This document shows positions 51,613-61,938 of a DNA stretch of 64,000 nt, piece by piece. Positions within the stretch are counted from its first letter, which is position 1, and the number at the start of each line of letters is the position of its first letter. The DNA comes from an uncultured Chloroflexia bacterium (GTDB taxonomy: Bacteria; Chloroflexota; Limnocylindria; Limnocylindrales; CSP1-4): positions 285,582-349,581 of the forward strand of contig CAVZWI010000001.1 of the NCBI GenBank assembly GCA_963778955.1, read 5' to 3'. The notes beneath the pieces are model-generated. The model had not been told where the DNA came from. It worked only from the letters and a program-made list of their open reading frames with translations, and made no database searches. The position numbers and the translations under genes were made by a program.

Positions 51613-52733
51613 GGCGCAGTTCGAGCACCGATCGGTGGATGCGCTCCAGGCCGTCGAGCAGCTGGGCCCCGGGCACCGCGAACGACAGGCGGATGTGCCG
51701 TTCCAGGCCGAAGTGGTCGCCGGGCACGATGAGCACGCTGCGCTCGTCGCGCAACTGCTCCATCCAGTCGGTCGAAGCGATGGGCAGGTCGTACTTCAGG
51801 AAGGTGATGGCCGCAGCATCGGGCGGCGTGCCGGTGAAGACGCCGTCCTGCTCGCTGAGCCACTCGGCCAGCATGCCGTAGCCGCCCTTGAGCAGCATAC
51901 GGGTCCGTGCCAGGATCTGCGGACGCACCTTGGGCGAGAGTGCCGTAGCCGTGAGGTGGTTGGACAGCATGGTGGTGGCGATGGTCGTGTACTCGTGGCG
52001 GCGCCACATATCCGTCACCGCCTGTGCCGGCCCCACCGTCCAGCCCACGCGCAGCCCCGGCAGCCCGTAGGCCTTGCTCATCGAGCCCTGCGCGAGCACC
52101 TTGTCGTAGCGGCCGAAGAACGACGGTGTCTCATCTCGCTCACGCTCGGCTCCGCGATAGACCTCGTCGGCCAGCAGCCAGGCGCCTGAGCGCCCGGCCG
52201 CCGCCACCACCGCGTCCATCTCCGCCTCGCTCATGATGCGGCCGGTGGGGTTGTTGGGGTTGACCACGCAGATCATCTTCGTATCCGCGCTCACCGCCGC
52301 ATCGAGAGCAGCCGTATCCAGGGCCCAGTCGCGGTCCACGTCGAGGTAGACCTCCTTGACGCGACAGCCCCGATTCCTTGCCACACCCCAGACTTGCATG
52401 TAGTTGGGCAGCACGATGACGACCTCGTCGCCGGGATCGGTGAACGTGTTGATGGCGATGTAGTTAGCCTCCGCCGCACCGACCGTGACCAGCACGTCGT
52501 TCGGGGTGGCACCGGGGTACATGGCCGCGATGGCCTCCCGCAGCTCGACCGTGCCGTTGGCCTGCGGGTAGAACAGACCCACGTCCGCGAGGTCGCCGGC
52601 CTCACGCCCGTCCATGGCCAGCAGTTCGCCCAGCGTCATGGGATGCACGCCACTCTCGGACAGGTTGATGTCCACCACGTTCTCCCACTCGGACATCATC
52701 TGTTCCATCACGAATGGCCGGAAGGGCATGGCA
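51608..52733 (-). CDS. PLP-dependent aminotransferase (class I/II)
   Basis: ...GSMSKAYGLPGLRVGW is the conserved PLP-lysine region. The start is MPFRPFVME. Confidence 0.8.
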
Positions 52734-52761
52734 GGACTCCTGTAACGGGTGGTCGGCGTGC

Positions 52762-53931
52762 TCAGTCTAGGGCCCGCGCCGGATGCGGCGTGGTGATGAC
52801 CCTGACCGTCAAGAGGCCCACCACCACTGCTCCGGTCAGGAAGATCGGTTGCGGTGTCAGTGGCGTCAGCAGCACTAGCATGATCGCCACCGGTGTGAGC
52901 GCCAGGCGCACGCGCGACATCGGCCGCGGCAGGTCGTGAAGCACCCACACACCGGCCAGGTAGATCGCGACCGGGATGGCCACCGCGGCGCCCGCGAGCG
53001 TCATGTCGACGTGGGCGTGGTCCGTGAGGACGTCGACGCCCGCGGCGATCCCGGCTCCCACCGCGGCCGCCGCGATCCAGATGAAGTAGTGACCGTAGCC
53101 CCACTCGAAAGCGCGTCCCCGGGACGTGAGCAGATCGTTGCTGGAGTGCTCGAAGTACAGCCACCACATGGCGAACACCAGCAGCAGCGCACCCAAGGCC
53201 AGGAAGAGAAGCTCAAGATCGGAGAAGGCGTCCTCGGTGATCGAGCCGAATGCCGTGGCTCCCGCCAACACCGATTCACCCAGCACGATGATGGTGAGCA
53301 GCCCATAGCGTTCGGCGATGTGGTCGGCATGCCAGCGCGTCGGCAGGTCGTGCGTGGCGATGATCGGAACTGCCAACTCCCCCGCGACCAGAACCAGGAA
53401 CGCCACGGGGAACAGGTCTGTGGGGACGAAGAGGAAGGCGATGACCCAGAACACCTGCATGATCGCGATGCCCGTCGCCCAGCGGATGTTCTGTCGACGG
53501 TGCAGAGGATCGTTGCGGGCAGCGCGCAACCACTGCCCCACTTGCGAGATGCGCATGACGATGTATCCGAGCAGGACCAGCGACCAGTCGCCAGCATCGA
53601 AGGCGCGGCTGATCCCCGCCGCCATGATGATGGCGCCAGCCATCTGCACGAAGACCGCGATGCGATAGGGCACGTCGTCGGTGTCGTATCCCGCCGCGAA
53701 CCAGGTGAAGCTCATCCACGCCCACCAGATAGCGAAGAAGGTGAGGATGTAGCCGAGGATGCCATCGACGATATGGTCGTCCGCGAGCGCGTGGTGCAGC
53801 GATGACGCTGCTGCTGCGATGGCGACCACGATGACCAGGTCGAAGAACAGTTCCAGTGGCGTGGATGCTCGGTTCTCCTCATCAGGCTCCCGGCCGCGCA
53901 TCGGGACCAGCCAGCGCTTGACCTCGCTCAT
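52762..53931 (-). CDS. Low-temperature-requirement A (LtrA) family membrane protein
   Basis: The N-terminus reads ...STPLELFFDLVIVVAIA and about ten transmembrane helices follow. Confidence 0.75.
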   Translation of the reverse strand: MSEVKRWLVPMRGREPDEENRASTPLELFFDLVIVVAIAAAASSLHHALADDHIVDGILGYILTFFAIWWAWMSFTWFAAGYDTDDVPYRIAVFVQMAGAIIMAAGISRAFDAGDWSLVLLGYIVMRISQVGQWLRAARNDPLHRRQNIRWATGIAIMQVFWVIAFLFVPTDLFPVAFLVLVAGELAVPIIATHDLPTRWHADHIAERYGLLTIIVLGESVLAGATAFGSITEDAFSDLELLFLALGALLLVFAMWWLYFEHSSNDLLTSRGRAFEWGYGHYFIWIAAAAVGAGIAAGVDVLTDHAHVDMTLAGAAVAIPVAIYLAGVWVLHDLPRPMSRVRLALTPVAIMLVLLTPLTPQPIFLTGAVVVGLLTVRVITTPHPARALD

Positions 53932-54148
53932 GGCGGGGAACGGTATCAGGCCGGTCAGTCCAGCGGGTCGGCGCGATCGGTACGCCGACGGTCAACCTGC
54001 GACCGATCCTGCGTCACCACTCTCCGGGTGCCGCTCGGTGCCGTTGCAGCCGGTGTTGCCGATCACATGTGGCTTGCGCGTCTCGGGGCCGGGCACCGGA
54101 TAGCAGGCATCGAGCCGCCATCTACCACCGATGCCGCGACCGAATGCT

Positions 54149-54188
54149 GACAGGATCGCTGGCCCGTCGGCGGACAGGGTCGCTGGCC
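54149..54188. promoter_or_regulatory. Direct repeat GACAGGRTCGCTGGCC x2 with 24-bp spacing, upstream of the 54271 gene. It is a candidate operator.
   Basis: The repeat gacaggatcgctggcc...gacagggtcgctggcc is read directly from the sequence. Confidence 0.25.
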
Positions 54189-54270
54189 GCCGTCACGCGC
54201 GGACCCGAGACGGGTGAAGTTATCGAAACCTTCGCCCGGTCCAGGCCTGACATGTCGGTATGGTCGGGGC

Positions 54271-55371
54271 ATGCAACCGAGATGGGCGGGCCATACCCCT
54301 GATGGCAGGCTGAGGCAGACGCGGCCCAGGCGGGTCCGCGTCACCACGGTCATCCTGGTTTCGCTCCTGGGCTTCGCGGTCGTGGTCGCCGGACTGCTCG
54401 TCGGACTCGCGCTGGTCGGCCGGAACCCGCTGGATCTCCTGGCACGCGACACAGACCCGGGGCAGCCGCGGGCCATCGGGAGCCGCCAGATGGCGGAGTT
54501 GGCTGCCGAGACCAGCCCTACCACGCTGGTCCGGGGTCCCGAGGATGGCGCCTTCTTCATCGACGACCGCACCGGCTCCGTATGGCGTGTCAATCTCAAG
54601 GCAGGCAAGGCCGTCGAGATCATCACACCGGGCGATCGCCCGGCTGGCTCGGACGACGCCATCGGCACGCCAGTCCAGCTCACTGCGGCCGGTCCCGATG
54701 TGGTCGTGGTCGATGACGCCGGTAGAGCCTGGCGCTGGCAACCCTCGAACCGCAAGGGTGCCGGCAAGTTGGCGCGATTGCGCCTGCAGGGCGAGCCGAC
54801 GCTTCCCCAGGGCCACGGCCCGGTGGCGGCATTCGGGTCGGAAGTGGGCCAGTACCGTCTCTACGTCGCCGACCGCAGCGGCGACCAGATCTTGCGCTAC
54901 CAGCAGACATTCGACGGCAGCTCGTTCCAGCCGCCCAGCCCCTACCTGGAACGATCGGAGACGGTGACCGGGGATGTGAAGCAGCTCTACCTCGACTTCG
55001 ACCTGTATACGCTGGCGGACGGGGAGCCACAGCGCTACAGCTATGGCCGGCGCGACTGGATGTGGATGCCCGATGACGTGGGGGGCACCGACTACCGACT
55101 GCTCGGCGGGAGTGGGACCAGCAGCAACGCTGGGCGGCTCTACCTGTATGACGCTGCCGGCCCACAGATCATCGGCATGGCCAAGGCGGACGGCAGCATC
55201 CTGGGCCGCTGGACCCCGGACGTGGGGAGCAGTGCGCTGGACGATGTTCGCGGCATGTACGTCGTCGAAGGCGGTGTGAGCAAGAAGGGCAAGCGCAAAG
55301 CGGACACGTTGGTCTGGATCACGCCGGATGCCATCCACCGCGCCAAGCTGGGGTTGCCCGTCGATGGTTGA
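54271..55371 (+). CDS. Hypothetical membrane-anchored extracytoplasmic protein. An alternative start lies at 54214.
   Basis: The N-terminal transmembrane segment is VTTVILVSLLGFAVVVAGLLVGLALV. A large soluble domain follows. The stop overlaps the start of the next gene. Confidence 0.5.
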   Translation: MQPRWAGHTPDGRLRQTRPRRVRVTTVILVSLLGFAVVVAGLLVGLALVGRNPLDLLARDTDPGQPRAIGSRQMAELAAETSPTTLVRGPEDGAFFIDDRTGSVWRVNLKAGKAVEIITPGDRPAGSDDAIGTPVQLTAAGPDVVVVDDAGRAWRWQPSNRKGAGKLARLRLQGEPTLPQGHGPVAAFGSEVGQYRLYVADRSGDQILRYQQTFDGSSFQPPSPYLERSETVTGDVKQLYLDFDLYTLADGEPQRYSYGRRDWMWMPDDVGGTDYRLLGGSGTSSNAGRLYLYDAAGPQIIGMAKADGSILGRWTPDVGSSALDDVRGMYVVEGGVSKKGKRKADTLVWITPDAIHRAKLGLPVDG

Positions 55372-56044
55372 CGGGCTCGCGGTCATCGAGCGCGAAGGGC
55401 GTCGCATCATCGCCTTGGGACGATCCGCCCCCGAGCGACGGGTACCGCAGTATCCGACCTGGACGCTGCGTGACCTCGTGGTGCACGTGGCCGGTGTCCA
55501 CGGGCGCACGGCGGAGGTCTGTCGGATGCTGCCAAAGGAGCGGATCGCGACGCCGGCTCTTCCCGAGGACAGGGATGCCTTCGACTGGGCGACCGAGCAG
55601 CTCGACCGGATGCTCGCTGGGCTTCGCACGGCCGATGTGGAGGCCGCAGTCTGGACCTTCGTTCCCAGCAAGCGGCTGGCGTTCTGGGGACCCCGGATGG
55701 TCATCGAGACGGGCGTCCATCGCTGGGACGCGCAGGCCGCGATCGAAGATCCCGAACCGCTCTTGCCGGTCGTCGCGGCCGATGGGCTCGACGAGTTCAG
55801 CGCGCTCTACCTGCCACAGCTGGGCCGGGTCCCGACCATCGAGCTGACCGCGACCGACCTGGGACGAACGTGGCGCTTCGGCGAGGGCGAGCCGGCAGCG
55901 CGCATCGAGGGGTCGGCCTCCGGCCTGTTCCTGCGGCTGATGTCACGCCCCGGCACGCCCCTGCCGGCCGAGTGGGAACGGGCCGTCGACGCGCTGGGCT
56001 CACCGGCGGACCGCGAGTCACGGCGCGCGCGTCAGGCGCGGTAG
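55364..56044 (+). CDS. Maleylpyruvate isomerase family, mycothiol-dependent enzyme (TIGR03083-like)
   Basis: A DinB/MDMPI N-terminal domain is present (...WTLRDLVVHVAGVHGRTAEV... / ...ETGVHRWD). Confidence 0.65.
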   Translation: MVDGLAVIEREGRRIIALGRSAPERRVPQYPTWTLRDLVVHVAGVHGRTAEVCRMLPKERIATPALPEDRDAFDWATEQLDRMLAGLRTADVEAAVWTFVPSKRLAFWGPRMVIETGVHRWDAQAAIEDPEPLLPVVAADGLDEFSALYLPQLGRVPTIELTATDLGRTWRFGEGEPAARIEGSASGLFLRLMSRPGTPLPAEWERAVDALGSPADRESRRARQAR

Positions 56045-56829
56045 CGATCCAGCCCGCGGGTGGTGACGAGGCGCTCGTCATGGGTGATGCCGGCGGCAGC
56101 GTAGCCGGGTAGCGAATCGACCCAGGTGAGCCCATCGCGTCCCATCGCGAATGCGGCCGTGGCGTAGGCGTCGGCTCGCGCCAGGGCAGGCCCGACCACG
56201 CTGACCGTGAGCAACTCGTCGACGGCCCGGCCGGTCCGCGCATCGACGATATGGTGGCCGCGCTCGGTGGTGCCGGACGTAGCCACTGCGAGATCGTCGC
56301 TCTGCAACACCAGGGCCACGGCCGTTCCCGTGTGTGGGTGCGCGATACCGATGCGCCAGGGCACGCCCGGCTCCTGCCCGCCACGGACGACCACGTCGCC
56401 CCCGGCGCTGACGAAGAAGCGTTCGACCCCTGCGGCGGTGAGGATGTCAGCGGCTCGGTCGACCGCCCAGCCCTTCACCACTCCAGTGGGGTCGGGCAGG
56501 CCATCGGGCCGATGGCCGCGGATGTCGAACGCCCCGCCACTGAGCACCTCGATGGCATCGGCGATCTGCAGCACGTGGGCCAGGTCGTCGGAGAGGTCCG
56601 ACGCGGCGATCTCGCCGCGCATCATGCGGCTGACCTCGCTGTCCGACTTGAATGGGCTGAAGCGGTCATCGACCTCGTGGAGCCAGGCGAACGCAGCATC
56701 GACCGGGGGTGAGCAAGCACGCCCGTCGGGCACGAAGAGGCTGATCACGGTGCCCATGGCACGCTCCACGCGTCGCCTGTCAGGGTCGCGCGTCGCGAGC
56801 CGATCCTCACCGACCAGCTGGGCCTCCAT
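56032..56829 (-). CDS. apbE: FAD:protein FMN transferase (ApbE family)
   Basis: The ApbE fold is present (...DIRGHRPDG...GVVKGWAVDRAADIL...IGIAHP). Confidence 0.75.
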   Translation of the reverse strand: MEAQLVGEDRLATRDPDRRRVERAMGTVISLFVPDGRACSPPVDAAFAWLHEVDDRFSPFKSDSEVSRMMRGEIAASDLSDDLAHVLQIADAIEVLSGGAFDIRGHRPDGLPDPTGVVKGWAVDRAADILTAAGVERFFVSAGGDVVVRGGQEPGVPWRIGIAHPHTGTAVALVLQSDDLAVATSGTTERGHHIVDARTGRAVDELLTVSVVGPALARADAYATAAFAMGRDGLTWVDSLPGYAAAGITHDERLVTTRGLDRYRA

Positions 56830-57363
56830 CTACATGCCCAACTGGTCGAGCGCTGACTGCAGCGATGCCGCATAGGCTCGGCTGGTATAGGTGGCGCCGG
56901 AGATGACGCTGACCCCGGAACTGTCGGCCGCGATGGCCTCCTCGCGCAGCACCGGGCCAGCATAGCCACTGATCTGCGAAGAGTGGCGATCGCCATCGGG
57001 CAAGGACAGCGTCTGCACGTCGACGATGTCTCGGCCATCAACGGTGACGGCGACCTGGACCGTGCCCCAGCGGATGGCGATGGGGTCACCCGTGACCGTC
57101 ACCGGAGTGGCCGTCACCGGCTCGCTCGTCGCCGTCACCGCCGGCGAAACCTCGACCACCGCGTCCGCACTGCTCGTCGGGGTCGCCGCGCCGACCATCA
57201 TTCCATCGGTCGCCGCGGCCCCCTCGTCGTCGGCCACCACGACCGTGTCGAGCGACGGCGCACCGCGAAAGGAGAAGAGCAATGCCAGGGCCCCGACGGT
57301 GCCGGCAAGGGCCATGCTGCCGCGGACGGGGAGGCGGGAAGGTTCGCGTGTTCCAGTGTTCAT
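56830..57363 (-). CDS. FMN-binding domain protein (ApbE flavinylation target)
   Basis: A signal or transmembrane segment is present, and the flavinylation motif ...SGATYTSRAY lies in the FMN_bind domain. An alternative start exists at 57438. Confidence 0.7.
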   Translation of the reverse strand: MNTGTREPSRLPVRGSMALAGTVGALALLFSFRGAPSLDTVVVADDEGAAATDGMMVGAATPTSSADAVVEVSPAVTATSEPVTATPVTVTGDPIAIRWGTVQVAVTVDGRDIVDVQTLSLPDGDRHSSQISGYAGPVLREEAIAADSSGVSVISGATYTSRAYAASLQSALDQLGM

Positions 57364-57365
57364 CG

Positions 57366-58751
57366 TTAGTACCCAAATCGTTCTGCATGGATCTGCCGGG
57401 ACGGGACGCCCAGGCGTCGAAGGCTCTGCAGCGTGCACTCGGTGAAGGAGCGCGAGCCGCAGATGAAGACGTCCGCGTCGACGAGGTCGGGGACCAGGCG
57501 AGCCAAGGACGCGGGCGATAGAGGGTCGAGTGGCATCTGGGCCGAACCGCGATGGCCGGCAAGGATTTGCACGTCGGCGCCGCTGCGGGAGGCGATGTCT
57601 GCCAGTTCGCGACCGAAGATGACCTCCGATGGCTCACCTTCACGGTAGAGCAGCGTGCAGCGAACCGGATGGGCCACCAACTCCTCCAGGATGGCGCGGA
57701 GCGGCGTCACTCCGACACCGCCCGCGAGCATGACGACGCGCGGACGAGTGACCAGTGCCGAGGTGAACGCCCCGTAGGGGCCCTCGATGAAGACCGGTGT
57801 TCCTATGCGCATCGTGAGCATGCGCCGGGAGTCGTCGCCGAGGCCCTTGATGGTGAACCGGAGGTACGACCCATTCGGTGCCGCAGAGATGGAGAAGGGA
57901 TGTGGGCGCCACCAGCCTCCGCCGCGCAGGAAGCGGATGTTGAAGAACTGGCCTGCCCGCACCGGAAGGCGCTCGACGTCCCGGCCGACCAGATAGATCG
58001 ACACCACATCGTGTGACTCCGGCACGACCGCGGCCACTCGGAGCCGGTGCCGCGCGGAGAGCCGCATCGGTGCCAGTAGGCGATACCACAGGAGCAGGCC
58101 GAAGGTGACGACGTAGAGGCCGATCCAGTACGCCAGGGCCACCGGGTCAGCGATGAGATCGCTGCCCATGCTGATCTGATGCGCGAAGGCCAGCGCGATG
58201 CCGAGGTAGGCGTACAGGTGCAACCCATACCAGGTCTCGTACGCGAGCCGGCGACGCGCGGCCACGATCGACGTCAGCGCCACCACCACCAGCAGCACCA
58301 GCCCGACGGTAGCGATGAGGACGTCCCAGATCTCGTTGAGCGCCACGAACTCCGCGACGACGCCGGTGCCGGTGACCAACGCCGGACCGATGGTGCTGAA
58401 GATGGCGTGGGCCACGATCAAGCTGATCATGGTGCGGCCCAACCATCGATGCCAGGCCATGAGCCGGTCGCTGCCGACCACGTGGTCGATCCAGGGCACC
58501 CGCGCCATCAGCACGATCTGCACGAGCGCCAGGTAGGTGCCCACCAGCGCGGTGAGTTGGCCGAGGCCGATGGCAAGGCCCGACGGAGAACCGACTTGGC
58601 CGAGACCGCCATGGCGGACCCACATACCGACGACGAGGAGTCCGAGGACGACGAGCGCGAGGACGATGTCGCCCGATCGGAATGACCACGATCTCGGCAT
58701 CGTGCCGCGCCGGGTCGCAGGCGGTCGCGCAACCTGCGTCAGGGTCGTCAC
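57366..58751 (-). CDS. Ferric-reductase-like transmembrane protein fused to an FAD/NAD(P)-binding oxidoreductase domain
   Basis: A six-helix, His-containing ferric reductase domain is followed by an FNR-like domain (...RPHPFSIS...GPYG...MLAGGVGVTP). Confidence 0.8.
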   Translation of the reverse strand: MTTLTQVARPPATRRGTMPRSWSFRSGDIVLALVVLGLLVVGMWVRHGGLGQVGSPSGLAIGLGQLTALVGTYLALVQIVLMARVPWIDHVVGSDRLMAWHRWLGRTMISLIVAHAIFSTIGPALVTGTGVVAEFVALNEIWDVLIATVGLVLLVVVALTSIVAARRRLAYETWYGLHLYAYLGIALAFAHQISMGSDLIADPVALAYWIGLYVVTFGLLLWYRLLAPMRLSARHRLRVAAVVPESHDVVSIYLVGRDVERLPVRAGQFFNIRFLRGGGWWRPHPFSISAAPNGSYLRFTIKGLGDDSRRMLTMRIGTPVFIEGPYGAFTSALVTRPRVVMLAGGVGVTPLRAILEELVAHPVRCTLLYREGEPSEVIFGRELADIASRSGADVQILAGHRGSAQMPLDPLSPASLARLVPDLVDADVFICGSRSFTECTLQSLRRLGVPSRQIHAERFGY

Positions 58752-58908
58752 GATCGGGCGGAAAGCAGTGCGTCCATCGATACCGAGTCTCAGGCTCCGA
58801 GATCAGCCTCCCGGCCCGTCCGCGTAAAGGCGGTGTAATCGCCTGGCCGTCGTGCCTACGCTTATGTCACGTACCCGACGGGCACATCCACCCACGAGGC
58901 AACCCCCG

Positions 58909-60307
58909 ATGAGTCATCAGCCAGCGCCGTTCACCCATCCATACATCCCCAACTCGGAGCCGCGACAGCGCAAAGCGATGCTCGACGAACTCGGCGCCGC
59001 CGCGATCGACGACCTGTACGCTGCCATCCCGGCGCACCTGCGCCTCACGCGGCCCCTGGACATGCCTGCTCCCCTCTCGTCCGAGATGGAGCTGCGGCGC
59101 CACGTCGGTGGCCGCATCGACCGCAACACGTCCACCCGGCAGCTGGTCAGCTTCCTCGGCGCCGGCTGCTATGACCACCAGGTGCCGGCCGTGTGCGACG
59201 AGGTCAATGGCCGCGCCGAGTTCCTGACCGCATATGCCGGCGACCCCTACGAGGACCACGGGCGCTTCCAGACGCTCTTCGAGTTCGCCTCGATGATGGG
59301 CGAGCTGCTGGAGATGGACGTCGTCAGCGTCCCCACCAACGACGGCCACCAGGCAGCCGCGACGGCCCTGCGCATGGCGGCTCGGGTGACCGGGCGAGGT
59401 CGCCTGCTCGATCAACGACTCCATCGGTCGCGACAAGCTCAGCCGGATCACCGACTACTGCGCGCCTGGCCTGGAGATCGTCCCACTGCCCTCCGATCGA
59501 AGCGGCGGGGTGGACATCGATGCGCTCAGGCACCTGCTGGACGACTCGGTCGCGGCGGTGCACCTCGATCAACCGTCGTTCTTCGGCGTGGTGGAGACCC
59601 GTGGTGCCGAGATCGTTCGCCTGGCTCACGAGACCGGGGCACTCGCGGTGGTCTCGGTCGACCCCTCCACCCTCGGGGTGCTCGCGCCACCGGCGAGCTG
59701 GGGTGCGGACATCGTGGCCGGTGACATCCAGCCGCTGGGGATCCACCAGCAGTTCGGCGGCGGGCACGGGGGTTTCATCGCCTCGGCCGATGACCCGCGG
59801 CTGGTGATGGAGTACCCCACGCGCCTGTTCGGCCTGGCCCGGACGTCGGTGCCGGGCGAGTACGGCTTCGGTGACGTGGCCTATGAGCGCACCTCGTTCG
59901 CGGTGCGCGAGGAGGGCAAGGAGTGGGTCGGCACCGCCGCCGGCCTGTGGGGCATCACCGCCGGCGTCTATCTCGCCCTGATGGGCCCACAGGGCATGAC
60001 CGAGCTGGGCGAAGCGATGATGGCTCGAACGCGCTACGCGATGGAGCGCATGGCCCAATTGCCGGGCGTACGGATCCCCTTCGCCGACAGCCATCACGTG
60101 AAGGAGTTCGTGGTGGACTTCGACACCACCGGACGGACCGTGGCTGCCATCGACGCAGGTCTGCTGGAGCGCGGGTACCTGGGTGGGGCCGACCTGTCGG
60201 GAACGTTCCCCGACCTCGGACAGAGCGCCCTGTACGCGGTCACCGAAGTGCGCAGCCAGGCAGAGATCGATGGGCTCGTCGAGGCCCTCGGGGAGGTGCT
60301 CTCATGA
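58909..60307 (+). pseudogene. gcvPA: Glycine dehydrogenase (decarboxylating) subunit 1, frameshifted as sequenced
   Basis: MSHQPAPFTHPYIPNSEPRQRKAMLDELG runs to ...AARVTGRGRLL. INDSIGRDKLSRITDYCAPGLEIV... follows in the next frame. The culprit is an extra g at ctc[g]atcaac, about 59410. Confidence 0.8.
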
Positions 60308-61938
60308 CGACGGACCGTACCGACGCCATCGGCCCCAAGCCCAGCCCACGCCGCTTCCACCAGGCGCGCTGGGATGAGCCCATCATCTTCGCGCACTCGG
60401 TGCCGGGGGCCAGGGGCGTGCTCATCCCGACGGTCGAGGACGGCATCCGAGAGATGGTCGGTAGCCCGGCTGACGACCTTCCTGCCGGAGTGCGACGGAC
60501 GACTCCGCCCGCCTTGCCGGAGATGGCGCAGGTCAACGTCCTGCGTCACTACACGCGGCTCAGCCAGGAGACGCTGGGCGTGGACGTCAACATCGACGTC
60601 GGCCAGGGCACCTGCACCATGAAGTACTCGCCCAAGATCAACGAGAGCTTCGCCCGCGACCCGCGCATCGCCGACCTGCATCCGCTGCAGGACGGATCGA
60701 CGGTGCAGGGCGCGCTCGAGATCATGTGGCACCTGGAGCGACTGCTGTGCGAGGTCAGCGGCATGGACCGCGTGACCCTGCAGCCGCCGTCCGGCTCGGC
60801 CGCCATCTGGACGAACGTCAGCATGATCCGCGCCTATCACGCAGCCCGCGGTGAGGGAGAGCAGCGGAACGAGGTCATCACCACCGCCTTCTCCCACCCC
60901 TCCAACGCCGCCTGCGCCCGCACCGCCGGTTACACCATCATCACCTTGCAGCCCGACCCGATCAGTGGCCGGCCCACGCTGGAGGCACTGAAGACGGCGG
61001 TCTCGGAGCGGACGGCGGCACTGCTCATCACCAATCCCGAGGACACCGGCATCTATAACGACCAGATCGACGAGTTCGTGCGTGTCGTCCACGCGGTCGG
61101 CGGCCTGGCCTGTTACGACCAGGCCAATGCCAACGGTATCCTCGGCGTCACGCGCGCCCGCGAGGCCGGCTTCGACCTGTGCCACTTCAACCTGCACAAG
61201 ACGTTCTCCACCCCGCATGGCTGTGGCGGCCCCGGCGCGGGCGCCTGTGGCGTGACCGAGGCCCTGACCCCGTTCCTGCCATCGCCGACCGTGGAGCGTG
61301 GCGGCGGGCGTTTCTGGCTGGACCACGACCGTCCGCGCTCGATCGGCAAGGTGCAGCCGTGGTACGGATCGGCGCCCAACCATGTCCGCGCCTACGCCTG
61401 GATCATGAGCCTGGGGGCGGTCGGCCTGCGGCAGGTCGCCGAGACCGCCGTCCTCAACAACAACTACCTGATGCAGCGGGTGCTCGCGATCCGCGGTGTC
61501 TCGGCACCCTATGCCCAGGGCCGACGTCGCATCGAGCAGGTCCGCTACAGCTGGCAGCAGCTGGCCGATGACACTGATGTCCACATCGATCACCTCAGCG
61601 CCCGACTGAACGACCACGGCGCCCACTTCTGGTCCAGCCATCATCCCTTCGTGGTGCCCGAGCCGATGACTCTGGAGCCGACCGAGGCCTACTCACGGGC
61701 TGACCTCGACGAACACGCGGCCATGCTGGACGCGGTGGCTGAGGAGGCGTACGCCGACCCCGATACCGTCCGTTCCGCTCCGCATCGTTCGACCATCCAC
61801 CGGATCGATCACGCCTGGCTGGACGACCCTGAGCGGTGGGCAGTGACCTGGCGCGCTTACCTGCGCAAGCACGGTGGGCCGATGGACGCATCCCCGGATG
61901 ACCCGATGGACGCATCGACGGACGGACCGACGGGCTGA
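60304..61938 (+). CDS. gcvPB: Glycine dehydrogenase (decarboxylating) subunit 2
   Basis: The ATG overlaps the gcvPA stop (ATGA). ...CHFNLHKTFSTPHGCGGPGAG is the PLP-lysine region. Confidence 0.85.
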   Translation: MTTDRTDAIGPKPSPRRFHQARWDEPIIFAHSVPGARGVLIPTVEDGIREMVGSPADDLPAGVRRTTPPALPEMAQVNVLRHYTRLSQETLGVDVNIDVGQGTCTMKYSPKINESFARDPRIADLHPLQDGSTVQGALEIMWHLERLLCEVSGMDRVTLQPPSGSAAIWTNVSMIRAYHAARGEGEQRNEVITTAFSHPSNAACARTAGYTIITLQPDPISGRPTLEALKTAVSERTAALLITNPEDTGIYNDQIDEFVRVVHAVGGLACYDQANANGILGVTRAREAGFDLCHFNLHKTFSTPHGCGGPGAGACGVTEALTPFLPSPTVERGGGRFWLDHDRPRSIGKVQPWYGSAPNHVRAYAWIMSLGAVGLRQVAETAVLNNNYLMQRVLAIRGVSAPYAQGRRRIEQVRYSWQQLADDTDVHIDHLSARLNDHGAHFWSSHHPFVVPEPMTLEPTEAYSRADLDEHAAMLDAVAEEAYADPDTVRSAPHRSTIHRIDHAWLDDPERWAVTWRAYLRKHGGPMDASPDDPMDASTDGPTG

